Positions 13,989-29,396 of a stretch of DNA of 64,000 nucleotides are shown piece by piece. The stretch lies in assembly GCF_032062105.1 (NCBI RefSeq), contig NW_026933134.1:372001-436000 (forward strand), given 5' to 3'. The position numbers were made by a program, and so were the translations under genes. Under the pieces are notes generated by a model that was not told where the DNA came from, did not search any database, and saw nothing but the letters and a program-made list of their open reading frames with translations. This DNA is from Saccostrea cucullata (lineage: Eukaryota). How positions within the stretch are numbered: the first letter of the stretch is position 1; every line of letters starts with the position of its first letter.

Positions 13989-14075
13989 CCTAAACTGGTG
14001 TCGTGGCTCTACGATGACAGTGAACCAGCCAAGATCATTACGGAAGACCGTATGGGTCGTTTTCCTTCGCAATGC

Positions 14076-14108
14076 CAGGGACCTATATACTAAGTATATA
14101 GGTCCCTG
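14076..14108. mobile_element. 33-bp perfect palindrome flanked by a direct repeat; minimal TIR-only transposon relic upstream of SHMT
   Basis: GCAATGC|CAGGGACCTATATACT-A-AGTATATAGGTCCCTG|GCAATGC. Confidence 0.7.
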
Positions 14109-14192
14109 GCAATGCCAATTTAGATAAGAAACCATATTAATTCTGATATCCCCTTTATTTAACAATTGATAATGATTGACAAAAACCTGGTA

Positions 14193-15525
14193 TTTTTATA
14201 CCCCCTGTAATCGAAGATCCGGGGGTATATACAACTGTAGAACTTTTTTTGACCTGTCCGTTCGTCTGTCTGTTTGTTTATAAAATTTGTCCACAAGTAC
14301 ATAACTTTTGATTGGTTCCAGAGCACTCATATTTTAAATGTGTATTCATTGTGATAAGACCTTTTTTGGGGTACCAAAATATTGACCTCTTGACCTTGAC
14401 GTTTAACCCAATTTTGCAAGAATGAACCGAACTTAATTTTTTTCCATAACTTAGAACAGTTGGTGCAAGGACTATCCTATTTTACAGGCATATTGATTGT
14501 GACAATACCTTTCCATGGATATGAATGTTTTTTAACTTTTGACCTTGACCTTTGAGCTTGACCCACTTTCAAAAAACATAAACAAGCTGTATGTATATTT
14601 AAATAATTAATAGGGCCTTCATATTTCACAGTTTTTTCACATGTGACAAGGCCTTTCTTGGATACCAACAATTTTGACCTTTATATTGGAGTTTGAATTT
14701 CTTTTTTTAGGGCTTTAATATTTCATATGTGTATTTCTCATGACAAAGCCTTTTTCATTGCTACTATTTGACCCTTTGATCTTGACCCTAGAGTTTCACC
14801 CACATTCAAACATTCAAAAAACGTTAATAACAACTTTAAATGGTGAGTGCTTGGGCTAGTATGTTCAATGGTACAATTCCTTTTGGGGGTAACAAGATTT
14901 CTCTTCACCTCGGAGTATGACTTGCATTTGAGATTTCAACCTTCGCAAAAAGTTGTCTCACGGTGGCATCAAGTTTAAAGTTTATTAAAAGTAAATCAAA
15001 CTCCAAAGTCAAGGTCAAAATTGTTGGTATCCAAAGGAAAGCCTTCCCACACGGAGTACAACTTCGAAAGCCCTAATACTAAAAGTTCAAAGGTTATTTC
15101 CCCGATTATATATATTTTTTTAAAAATTTAAAGGTCAAGGTTCCAAGGTCTTAATCACAATGAATACACATGTGAAGCATGAAAAAACCTTCCACCAACT
15201 GTTTAAAAATTATGAAATTCTTGCAAAAGTGGGTCAAACTCGGCCAAGAGATCAAGTATGTTGGTACCCAAAGAAAGGCCTTGTCACAAGGAAAACGCAG
15301 GTCATGTGAAATGTAAATACCAAAGATGGGTCAAACTCCAAGGCTAAGAGATCAAATATTTTGGTATTTTATCTTGCTGTCACAAGGAAAACACACATGT
15401 GAAATCGGAATGCCATAGCTACAACAAAACAAAAGTTATAGCTAGGCAGACAGACAGACAGACACACAGGCAAACGGACAGAACACAAACTACATACCCT
15501 AATCTTTGATTATGTGGTCGATAAA
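14193..15525. mobile_element. Two degenerate HINE-type elements in opposite orientation
   Basis: The + copy starts TTTTTATACCCCC...GGGGGTATA, then a GTCT-like microsatellite and recurrent TGACCTTGACCTT units. The - copy has recurrent AAGGTCAAGG units and ends in GACAGACA...GGACAGA near 15447-15482. Confidence 0.6.
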
Positions 15526-15678
15526 AAAGATTTTAAAAATGTCTTTATTTTTTTAGCTAAAACATAATAATCACTACATGTAACACTAAAATAATTAAAA
15601 CTTGTATCATAAGTATGGTGTAAAGTGTTTTCATTCTGATTTGCGATAAAGTGATGAAAAAAACAACATAGAACGATT

Positions 15679-17418
15679 TTACAAAACATCCAGAAGCACA
15701 AGATATATGTTCCCGTTTAAGGTCCCGATCCACAAACGATTTTTTTCATCCACTGCCAAAGCCCATGGTGAATAGAAGCGTTCGAAATTATTTTCCACAA
15801 ATCTCAAGAAATTCCCTTCTTGACTTATGACGTGAATGACGGAATTTCTTGCATCAGATATATAAACATTACTGTGCTTGTCATACGCAATACCTTGAGC
15901 AGCCAATAACCTGGGATACTTTGGACAAATTTTTCCAGAGTAAGAGAAAATTTCATTGCCCTCACGATTTACGCAGACAACACGATCTGTTGACTCCATT
16001 AAATCAATGACCAAGAGATCTCCATTTATTTGATTTTCTATTACTTTGTATGGCCATGTAAAAATCCTGTTGCCTTTGTAGAACTCGATTTTTTTGAGAA
16101 CGCGACCGGAATAGGATAAAGTGTATACTGCGCGTGCGCTCTTTTCAGTGACTTTTCTGTCGTCACTTTCCACGACTGTGACCAGGATTTCCCCGCTTGG
16201 AGATTTACACAGACCAATAGGAAACAAGGGACCCAAATTTGCAAACGTGGTAGTTTTCCCGTCAGAATAAACCATTTGAATATACGTTTCTCCCTCAAAA
16301 GTGACGAGTGTTACCTTGTGGTTAAATGAGCATAGATCAGTCACAAGGTGTGGCAAATTGATAGGTTCAGTGACGTCATGACTCCGGCCATCTTTAATTT
16401 TCAGGCGTTGGATTCCCTTACCGGTTCCAGGCTCCCGAACCATCGCCATATTGTCATTCAAAAGTGAAATGGCACTTATTCCTGTTTGACAAAGCTTGAA
16501 TTTACTAAAAGTTCCCCATCCGCCTTCCTGCATATTTGTCATTTCCAGAACTTCCGCCTCATAGGTCTTTGAACTCATACCAACCATTCTCTGCAATGCG
16601 TTAGAATCTACTTCGCCTTTGAAGAAGGTGATGTGTACAACATGCGGCAGAATGGGAGTTTTCAGCAAAGCCCAAACATTTTCCAGTCTCTCATTAGATT
16701 CGTAGATGTACTTGAAAGATCCCTTTGGACTATCCTCGCACTTTTTCACACCATTCATTACAGCTTTGGCGACTGAATCGAAAGAACTCTTTGAATTCAT
16801 AATGTTAGTTTCATTTTGACTGTGAACAGATTTTAATTCACCTTCTATTTCCTCTTTTATCCTACTGACTTCTTTTTCAATTTTGCTTGAAATATCGTTC
16901 AAAGTAATTAGAGCATCTGTCAGCTCTCTTTCAGATTCCTCGTGCTTCTGCGTGCAGATACCCGAATTCTCCTTCAACAACGGTACAGTTTCTTCTTTTA
17001 GATAGAGAATATCATTGAGTATTTTTTCTTTCCCACTTTCTATGAAATCATCCAATTTAATAAAGTCATGAAGTTTATGCGCACCAACCACACATCTTGC
17101 ACAGATAGGTTTGTAGCACGTGTTGCAGTGAAACTGATAAGCCTCTTCTTCATGTTGATCACATGACCCATCACGTCTTTTCTTTCCCGCCCTTATTTTC
17201 ACCCCGCGTTCTTGCGCATCTATGAAGTCTTTGGTTGTCAAAATTTTGTGCGTTTTCGTTGCTTTCCCCCTTTGATGAACTGCTTTACACGCATCGCACA
17301 ACGTCTCTTCACAGTCTAAACATGTCCAGCTTAAATTCATATTGTGAAATTTTAAGCACAAGTCACATTTACAGACTAGGGATGCAGCGTTTAAGGACTT
17401 TGGTATTTTCCCTGCCAT
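15679..17418 (-). CDS. RING-less TRIM-NHL-like protein (B-box1, B-box2, coiled coil, NHL beta-propeller), intronless, 579 aa
   Basis: B-box1 CDLC...CLDCEETLCDACKAVH...H, B-box2 CDQH...HCNTCYKPICARC...HKLH, a heptad-rich region, and NHL-type repeats (AAQGIAYDKHSNVYISD, SPWALAVDEKNRLWIG). Confidence 0.92.
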   Translation of the reverse strand: MAGKIPKSLNAASLVCKCDLCLKFHNMNLSWTCLDCEETLCDACKAVHQRGKATKTHKILTTKDFIDAQERGVKIRAGKKRRDGSCDQHEEEAYQFHCNTCYKPICARCVVGAHKLHDFIKLDDFIESGKEKILNDILYLKEETVPLLKENSGICTQKHEESERELTDALITLNDISSKIEKEVSRIKEEIEGELKSVHSQNETNIMNSKSSFDSVAKAVMNGVKKCEDSPKGSFKYIYESNERLENVWALLKTPILPHVVHITFFKGEVDSNALQRMVGMSSKTYEAEVLEMTNMQEGGWGTFSKFKLCQTGISAISLLNDNMAMVREPGTGKGIQRLKIKDGRSHDVTEPINLPHLVTDLCSFNHKVTLVTFEGETYIQMVYSDGKTTTFANLGPLFPIGLCKSPSGEILVTVVESDDRKVTEKSARAVYTLSYSGRVLKKIEFYKGNRIFTWPYKVIENQINGDLLVIDLMESTDRVVCVNREGNEIFSYSGKICPKYPRLLAAQGIAYDKHSNVYISDARNSVIHVISQEGNFLRFVENNFERFYSPWALAVDEKNRLWIGTLNGNIYLVLLDVL

Positions 17419-17704
17419 TTTCTGTATCTTACAGTTAATGCCAGTATGTTGAAATTAATTTTAAAAAGGCCGAATAAGTTTTGCTTTCTTTTCTGATAGC
17501 ATAACCACTGATTTGGAGAGTGCTTTAAAACAAAGTCTTCATGAAGGTCTCTTTATTAAAACAAAAGCGTTAGGAAACCAAATACCAGTATCTAGCTAGT
17601 GATGCATGTAAACACGAGGAAACTTTTACGAGATAATTAAATATTATAAAAAAGCGAACAGTAACTCTTTTGTCAGAAGAAAAATACTCGAAATTTTTAT
17701 CAAT
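17419..17704. promoter_or_regulatory. Putative bidirectional promoter of the B-box/NHL pair
   Basis: Only 286 bp separate the two divergent ATGs. Inferred from geometry alone; no TSS data. Confidence 0.5.
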
Positions 17705-19534
17705 ATGGATGCACAAGATGGACCGATAGCAGAAAAGGGATCTTTGGACGAAACAAAGACACCTCGACATTGTGAGAACTGTCATCGCAAAACGAACATG
17801 AGGTGGAATTGTACGAACTGCAAAAAGATATTGTGTTACAACTGTAAGTTTGTGCATTCAAAGAACAAATCAACAAAAGCTCACACTGTCGTGGAAGTAA
17901 AAAGCTTCAGTAAAAGTACTAGTGACTTGACACCGAAGCGTTCAACCGCGAAAAAGTTATCTCCTGGACCCTCCAACCGCTCTCCTAGCGTTGGAAGTTC
18001 GTTATCAGTATCAAGAATTCGAGAAACGTGCAGGGAACACGAGGAGTTTCTGATTTTTCACTGCAACACATGCTCAAAGCCAATTTGCAGTGACTGCATT
18101 CTGGGTACTCATAAAACGCACGAGTTGATTAAATTGGAACAGTACATAAAATCTGAAAAACAAAGGTTAGTACAAGAGGTTTTGGAAGTTAAGAAAACTC
18201 ATATTCTGGAGCTGAAGGCATTGCTCCAAATCTGTTCTTCTAAGAGAAAGTCTTCAGAGATGGGACTGAATAATGCATACGATGAATTGAATGAGCACGT
18301 TGAAAAGCTTATTGCAGATGTTAAAAGCGAAGCAGACTGTATTGCAGATGATTTTAAAAGTATTAATACTAAGAACGAATCTGAAATAAGAAAAACTGAA
18401 AAGCATATCAATGAAGCATTGAACATTGTAAATGAAGCCATCTCACTGTGTGAAAACAACTTAGACGAATCTGTTTATCATTTGTATCAAGCTAAAGAGA
18501 AAATGACACATTTAAAAGAAGGAATGGTGTTACCAAATGAGCCAAACATTCACCCGATTGAATTTGAAAAGGGTCAAATTAACAGATCCCTTCTTAGCAA
18601 AATGATATGTACAAGCATCGTTAAAGATGAAACCGTAGACGAGAAAGACGAAACAATTGAGGAACCTGTCAGGCCAAAAAGTAATCAAACAAAGATTCCA
18701 AACGACGAAATGGATAGGTACAATCTATGCAAAGTCGGAATAAGTTGCCTATCTATAGGTGCTGACCAATCAATTACCGTTAGAGATCCACGCACAGCGA
18801 AAGGGATTCAAAAGATCTTCATCAAACATGGAAGAAAACTAGACGTAAAGGAACCTGTTGAGTTTGACAAATACGTCACCGATATTTGTTGTTACGATAA
18901 CAAGAGCACGCTGGTTACATTTGTGAACACAGGTGCCATCAAAATCGTCAATCATCACGGCAAAATGGCGACGTTTACAGATTTATCCCCGTTGTATCCT
19001 GTCAGTGTATGGAAGACGTCGAATGGATCGATTCTTGTATCCGTCGTCGAGGGTGACGAGTTAGAAGCAACAGAAGAGAGCACACGCGCTGTTTACATCT
19101 TATCCTTCACTGGACGAGTACTGAAGAAAGTTGAATACTTCCAAGGAAAACGGACTTTGAACAGACCATATAGAGCACTGGAGAATAACAAGGGAGACAT
19201 CGTCGTTATTGATTTTATTGACCTCGATGACAGAGTGGTTTGGATGAAGAAAGACGGCGAAGAGATTTGTTCCTATAGAGGACATGTGTCTCCAAAGTAT
19301 CCAAGACTTATGGCAGCGCAGGGTCTAGCTTGCGATAAAGATAGCAATGTTTACATTTCGGATGCAAGGAACAACGTCATTCACGTTGTGGATGCAGGTG
19401 GAAAATTCATTCGTTTCATCGAGAACGATATGGAGAGATTTTTCTCTCCTTGGTCACTATGTGTTGATGATAACAAACTATGGATTGGAACGTCCAATGG
19501 ACGCTTATACCGAACATTTATTAGAACAAAATAA
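17705..19534 (+). CDS. RING-less TRIM-NHL-like protein, paralog of 15679-17418, intronless, 609 aa
   Basis: B-box1 CENC...CTNCKKILCYNCKFVH...H, B-box2 CREH...HCNTCSKPICSDC...HKTH, coiled coil, NHL repeats (AAQGLACDKDSNVYISD, SPWSLCVDDNKLWIG). AATAAA near 19705. Confidence 0.92.
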   Translation: MDAQDGPIAEKGSLDETKTPRHCENCHRKTNMRWNCTNCKKILCYNCKFVHSKNKSTKAHTVVEVKSFSKSTSDLTPKRSTAKKLSPGPSNRSPSVGSSLSVSRIRETCREHEEFLIFHCNTCSKPICSDCILGTHKTHELIKLEQYIKSEKQRLVQEVLEVKKTHILELKALLQICSSKRKSSEMGLNNAYDELNEHVEKLIADVKSEADCIADDFKSINTKNESEIRKTEKHINEALNIVNEAISLCENNLDESVYHLYQAKEKMTHLKEGMVLPNEPNIHPIEFEKGQINRSLLSKMICTSIVKDETVDEKDETIEEPVRPKSNQTKIPNDEMDRYNLCKVGISCLSIGADQSITVRDPRTAKGIQKIFIKHGRKLDVKEPVEFDKYVTDICCYDNKSTLVTFVNTGAIKIVNHHGKMATFTDLSPLYPVSVWKTSNGSILVSVVEGDELEATEESTRAVYILSFTGRVLKKVEYFQGKRTLNRPYRALENNKGDIVVIDFIDLDDRVVWMKKDGEEICSYRGHVSPKYPRLMAAQGLACDKDSNVYISDARNNVIHVVDAGGKFIRFIENDMERFFSPWSLCVDDNKLWIGTSNGRLYRTFIRTK

Positions 19535-19925
19535 AAGTTTCCGCCATTATACTAGTACTTTTGGAATTAGATATACATTCGGTAGTACTTAAAACGTTTG
19601 ATCATACTATAAACTAACTATAAATATTTAGTTGTCATTCCAATTGTATAAGTACATGGCAAAATATTTTTCATGTTCTATCTCTTATAACATCGTTGTG
19701 CACAATAAAGGCATATTGAGAAATTGTACTGAAATTTATTGACCGAATCTACAGTAGCGAGAATAAAAAGTCTGCGTGTATGAAAAAAAAATGTTTATTT
19801 ATTTTCAGTTTGAGGGAAGAAAAGAATCATTTATTGATCTGACATTTGGTATTCTTGGTTAATATATATATATATTTTTTCTTGTATACGATTGAAAACA
19901 TAAAAGAAGTAAATGATTAATGATT

Positions 19926-23792
<3,867 letters not shown>

Positions 23793-24587
23793 GTTGTCGG
23801 TCTAGACCAGCCTTAAATCTGTTTGACTTATACACAAGACAAACGATATCTTAGAAACCTAACAATGTCTTCCAACTTTTTATTGCAGACGTCTACAATC
23901 TTACGACCGGTTTCAAATTCACAAATGGCCTATTTGCTATCTTGTGTGTTTAATCTTTACGTTATCACATATAAAGTGTTTGTCTATCGTAACAGTTAAT
24001 GCGTCAAACCTCAAAATCTAAGATAAATTGTAGTAAATATGTGAGATATTTCTACAATTCCCCCTTACTTATGCACAAATTCCTTCAGTAAGTAACCGAT
24101 ACTGATAAGAGCGGTGATTGTCATTGAAAAGATATTCCCCCTCCAACCCCCTTAAAAATATTCATCGATATCAAGCTTACATAGTCAAAGTCGGGTGTCA
24201 AATCCAGACTGTGTAATTCATACACACTATAAACTTGGAGATGGAAACGTTCGTTTATCTGTCATAATCTTGTAAAATAGAATTTAATTCTTTGAAAATA
24301 AAAATGCAAATGAACATGTCAACTACCCACAGCTTTGAATGTGTAAATTCAATAAAAATTGCATATCTTTAAAGATGTATACGTAGTTAATAAGGAGTGC
24401 AACTGCGATTGCAGACATAAGGACAGAAAATTCATTGTTTTATGTTGTTTACAGCATGTGGGATATTCACAAATTAATAACACAAAATTAATTAAATTTA
24501 AGAGAGTATATTAGTACATATTTTCTTTTAAGCTGATATACGTAATTCGTAGGTATACACAAAATCAATGGTTTGTTTCTTTTCAGA

Positions 24588-26206
24588 ATGGACAATGGGC
24601 AGAACTATCTATTGAGTAAATTTCATAAATCGTGCTCGATGACGTCACAATCAGTTTGCTTATTATGACGTTGTTAATTGTTACGTCACACTCAACAACG
24701 AAATCATTTCGCTGTGTTTGCGGTAAAAACAAATACCTCTACAAAATTTTAGCTTTTGGTGTTTTAAGGGTGAGTTTATTTAACATTTTACTATTGTTTC
24801 TTTAATAGTTTAATTATATAAGTATATTGATTGTGTTTGCCTTTAAGTGTAATTTGTATTTCTTCGCCGATCTGCAAGAAAGTTCCAAGGCACTCAATTT
24901 CTTGAAGTTTGTTCCTTTTCGTTGAAAGTCTGTTTTTAATATTTTAAATGTACTGAGTATTCCCATTTCACAGATTGAGAGGAGAAGATGATTAAAATTG
25001 GCTCCGATGAGTTTCCATTTCGACTTGAAACGTTCATTAAAAACAATGGAGAGATAGATGTTCATGCACTTATGACTGCAGATCTTGGGGAGTTTTCGTA
25101 AGTTACCTGTAGTATTATATAAGATATACAATTTATTTAAAAATTAAAGAAAAATCTTTGTATAAATTTGATAACAGCGACTTCCATAAAATCATAATGT
25201 GTATTCATCAAATAAAATGTGTACACATGAACGTCATGTTTTCATTATACAAATATACAAGGAAAAAAAATCTGTGCGTATTTTTGAAATGCATCTTTCA
25301 GCAGAGATTAATTTATTGTTTTCAGTCCAGAAGATCTTTTGTATGAATTCTACACCAGGACAACATTAGAAATCGCAGAGATGCGAAGAGACGTTAGACG
25401 GATTCGAGCTGACAACCCCAAAACGACAACAGAAATTGTGGTATATACTCTCTCATTTTATCGTTCAGTTTCAATGCATACTTTAAAATCAATTGTTCTT
25501 GCGCGTATTGCATATTTATTCTTTTTCTTACCACATTTTTATTAAAATCATATTTTAAAGAATTGAATTTTTTAAAATAGATGTTGCGTGAAGAGTGTGC
25601 AGTTACTAGATCCAAGATTTCCAAAATGGAAGAGGAACTAATTGATCTGCGTGAACGTAATAGGCTTGTGAAAGAGATCAGACATCTTAAAAAGTCAATA
25701 AAATCGGCAGAGAACACTCAGCAGCCATCAGAACTAGGCGTTACCCTCCCTAGTATTTACAACGGAAGTACTCAAGTTTTGCAAGTTAACAATCCAAACA
25801 CTTCCCAGAACAAGAGGCGCATCTCTGATTCCCAAAGTTCTCCGAACCTACCTCCAATCGGAATGCATCAGCAGTATTCATCAACACGTCGTGCACAAGG
25901 AAATAATGCGCACTGTGGAAATGCTGTTAATGGAACCATGTTTTCAAGAAACGGAAGTAAGTGTTTATATTGATACATGTATCTGCAAGTTTTCAACACA
26001 CAGATTTAATCAAATGAAATTGTCTTAGATTTTATTTTTGAAAAATTGGGATATACATTTACTATGTACGTTTAATTATTTTTTTAGATAAGCGAGTTAG
26101 AAGCTTCACCAACGCTTCGGCCAGAGAATCCGAGTACCCTCAAATGAGGACAGATGCTACACTTTCGAATCTGAAGAGGCGGCATGTACCACGAGGATTG
26201 TTCTGA
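24588..26206 (+). CDS. Small orphan gene: N-terminal coiled coil plus low-complexity tail
   Basis: Candidate exons 24588-24615, 25331-25440, 25581-25956 and 26088-26206 join in frame with GT-AG borders (LREECAVTRSKISKMEEELIDLRERNRLVKEIRHLKKSIK heptads). AATAAA near 26290. The first exon is uncertain. Confidence 0.62.
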
Positions 26207-27890
26207 TGTGGAAATTTTATATTGGATTTCTTTTGAATGTTTTTCTTCTACTATTGTGATTTTTTTTTACCGAGTGTCATTTGAACCCAAATAAAAGTTA
26301 TCTTTATCTATGCACGTTTGACGTCCTTCCTTTCGTACACCAAGGTGAATAGCTCAGGTGTACTAGGTATATAGTCTACCAAAATAGACAGGTAAAGCAA
26401 TAAAACAGAGGGGGTGCTCAGAAAACTAGAACTACAATGTAGTTCACAACTCCCCGATATTTTGAATGACAAATTAAACGACACACAAAGTTGTCATGAG
26501 GGCAAACTTCTTGCTCTCTGTGACAAACAACTAATGAAGCATAAACAACATCATTCTAAAGCTAGAGAGCAGCAAAATGCATGAACAGCAGAGTGTTGTA
26601 CACAATTCATTTTGCCATTTTCAAGTTAATCATTTTCATCGTCACAATATTTTCCTACATTTGCAAAGTTATGTTAAGAAAATCGTACCTGACATCGTAT
26701 TGTTGGGACTTCTCGCTTGGGTAGCTATTCTCTGGGGTGGGTTTGTAGGCCAGAGGTTCTAAGTTATATGACTTGCTCATCCTAGCATCAGAAACAAAAT
26801 TAATGCATATTGTGTCAATATTTCATAAGACAGTTTTGTTTCTTAGATAAATAGTAAGTATTCCGTGACAGTGATTGAACACGGTAGTCTGACAGTAGAA
26901 GGAGAAGTGATCTACTGTAGCTAATTTCTTTCGTGCCACACCTGTAAAGTGTGTCTGACTACACCTGAATAAATTGTACTAAAAAAAGAAAAATTTGGTA
27001 TCTACTACCTGAAATAAAATATCAGAGCAAATGTTAAAAACAGTAAATACTGATTTTGTGAAACACAAAGAAGGGTAAACATAACCTACCTGTCGGGAGT
27101 AGATAAAATGTCGCATACAGGTAAAAATTTATATACAGTAGGTGCAGGGTTATGCAAAGTATTTGAAGTTTATTTACCTGTTCACTTGAAAGAGAAGATA
27201 ACTGTGGTTAGTAGACTTGGAAATTTCTGTGGCGGATCGACTAGTCTACACGTATTTGTACGCGTTTATTCTCACGATTTAAATTCTAAATAAAATAAAC
27301 TAAATAAAATAAATGGAAGCATGTAAAACAAATTTGGTTTTACCTAATGCATTATATATTCCACTCACTGGCAGGTTGTTGTTGTTTGGAAAGGAGGGGG
27401 GGGGGGGGTGTAGCCAACGTTTCGTTATGTGTTGATATAATAAGACCTTTGTTCTTGTCATATCATGATTTTTATTTGCTCGTTTTTAGATCCACCCCTC
27501 CCTTTTTTTTTTAAATTATTTTTTTTTTAGTTTTAAAAATATATCTATATTTCTGATAAAATACACGTATTTGTTACAACACTTTGGTGAGTATCGTTGG
27601 TTTTATAATAGTGTTTCATAGCTTTAGGCTTTCTGAGACTTTTTCAATGCACATGGAGTGGAAATAATGTGTGGTGTTGTAAATTTTGTATTTAAGAACA
27701 TCTCAAATCTATTTATTATATAACCCATGCAATTTGAATTTTAGACCGATATAATAATTATTTTTTAGGAAATGTTTACATTTTTTTCTCCTAAACATAA
27801 AAATCAGAAACAGGTGCCCATACAATAAAGAATGCCTTTATAATGATCAGTTATTTAAATTACAATCTTTCATTTCATATAATATTAACT

Positions 27891-27895
<5 letters not shown>

Positions 27896-27922
<27 letters not shown>
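27896..27922. repeat. (CT)n microsatellite
   Basis: Direct inspection. Confidence 0.9.
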
Positions 27923-29396
27923 GGCTTGCTAATGATTGTGAACTATAATTTAACATGCATTAATTTTAAACACCAACATATAGTAAATATTTGAAGAATT
28001 GACGAACTGAAAGCCGCAACAGCATGAATCCTGAATATAGAACTTTAACTAAAGGATTTTTATTTTAAAAATATATAGCTGGGGGTGAAAATTACAATGA
28101 CCCCATAGCAAGATGTCAATACGACCTAGGTAACTGCTTTATCTGCATTAAGCCAGCGAAATATATGTTGTTTGTCTTTTCAAATAGGAAAAAAAAGAAG
28201 AATTAAAAAAAAAATATTTGAAAAAAGGTCATTGTTACTTTGATTATTTATTGCACCTTTTTTGTCCGTCGATTATTAAATATCATTATATTGTCAAGGG
28301 ATATAAAGATGTACATGTAAATATGTACAAGTACAGGCGCGGATCCAGAAATTTTTTCCAGGGGGGTCCACCTCAGTCAAAAAAAATCCAATCCCAGAAA
28401 TTTCTTGACAAGCAAAAAAAAAAAAAAAAAAAAAACTAAACTAAATATGTCAAAAACATTTTGTGTGCCATATGACATACACCAGGGGGGTCTGCGTTTT
28501 GATGTGTGTCATTTAAACAAGAAGATATGTACATTTTGTGTGCCATATGAATACATGATGTGTGTCATTTAAACTTTAAAAGTCTATAAATATTGTTCTT
28601 TAAAGTTCCAAGTTTGAAATTAGAACCACTGCAGTGTGCCATGGCAGATAATTAGAAGTAGAGTAGTTTAGAAAACTTATAAAGAAAATGATAATAATCT
28701 TACAAACCACTCTGTTCATTTTAACCGAAAATAGGTCTCAATCTGGCCTTTAAACTTCAACGACATAAATACATGTATAATTTAATCCGACCAATTCGGA
28801 CAGATTGTGTATGCACTGTTCCAAATTCTTCCGACAATGGGTTGTATCAGCGTCGGATTTTCAATTTATACATGTAATATCAAAAATCAAATCGACATAC
28901 TCATCGTGTATAACGCCTTAACGAAAGCAATTTGATGTAATTAATTAAAATATATAAACTTTACTTGAAAAGGCTCATTTCAAAAGAGAGCCCTCCCCCT
29001 TCGGCAAAAGATGTAATATGCATCATATATTTATATGATTCTTTTTTTTATTGGTACTGTGAAGAGTTACGAAGGCTTTCATCAAAGAAAATATGTTAAT
29101 GCATGCGAAACGGTAGAGGAAAAAAATTCAATATTATCGCACGCGCTGCATTTTCCCCTTGTTTCGCCCCATTAGTTAATACCTCTTCAGTAACTATATG
29201 TTACAAACCTATCAGTCAGCGAGGTCCACTTTTCGACCCACTGGGTTCTAGAAAGGGTAGAATGAATGAAGGCTACGTGATATCACTCATAGGAATGTTT
29301 TGTTTCACAATTTGAGAGGAGAGGGATTTTTGGGAAGTTGGATTAGAGAAAACGCAATATACACGCTGGGTCGCCGGCTGGTGAAGAATTTTAAAG

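Noticed and set aside
16041-19592. Short overlapping or antisense ORFs within the B-box/NHL genes
   Set aside because: Shadow frames of long coding sequences with no independent support.
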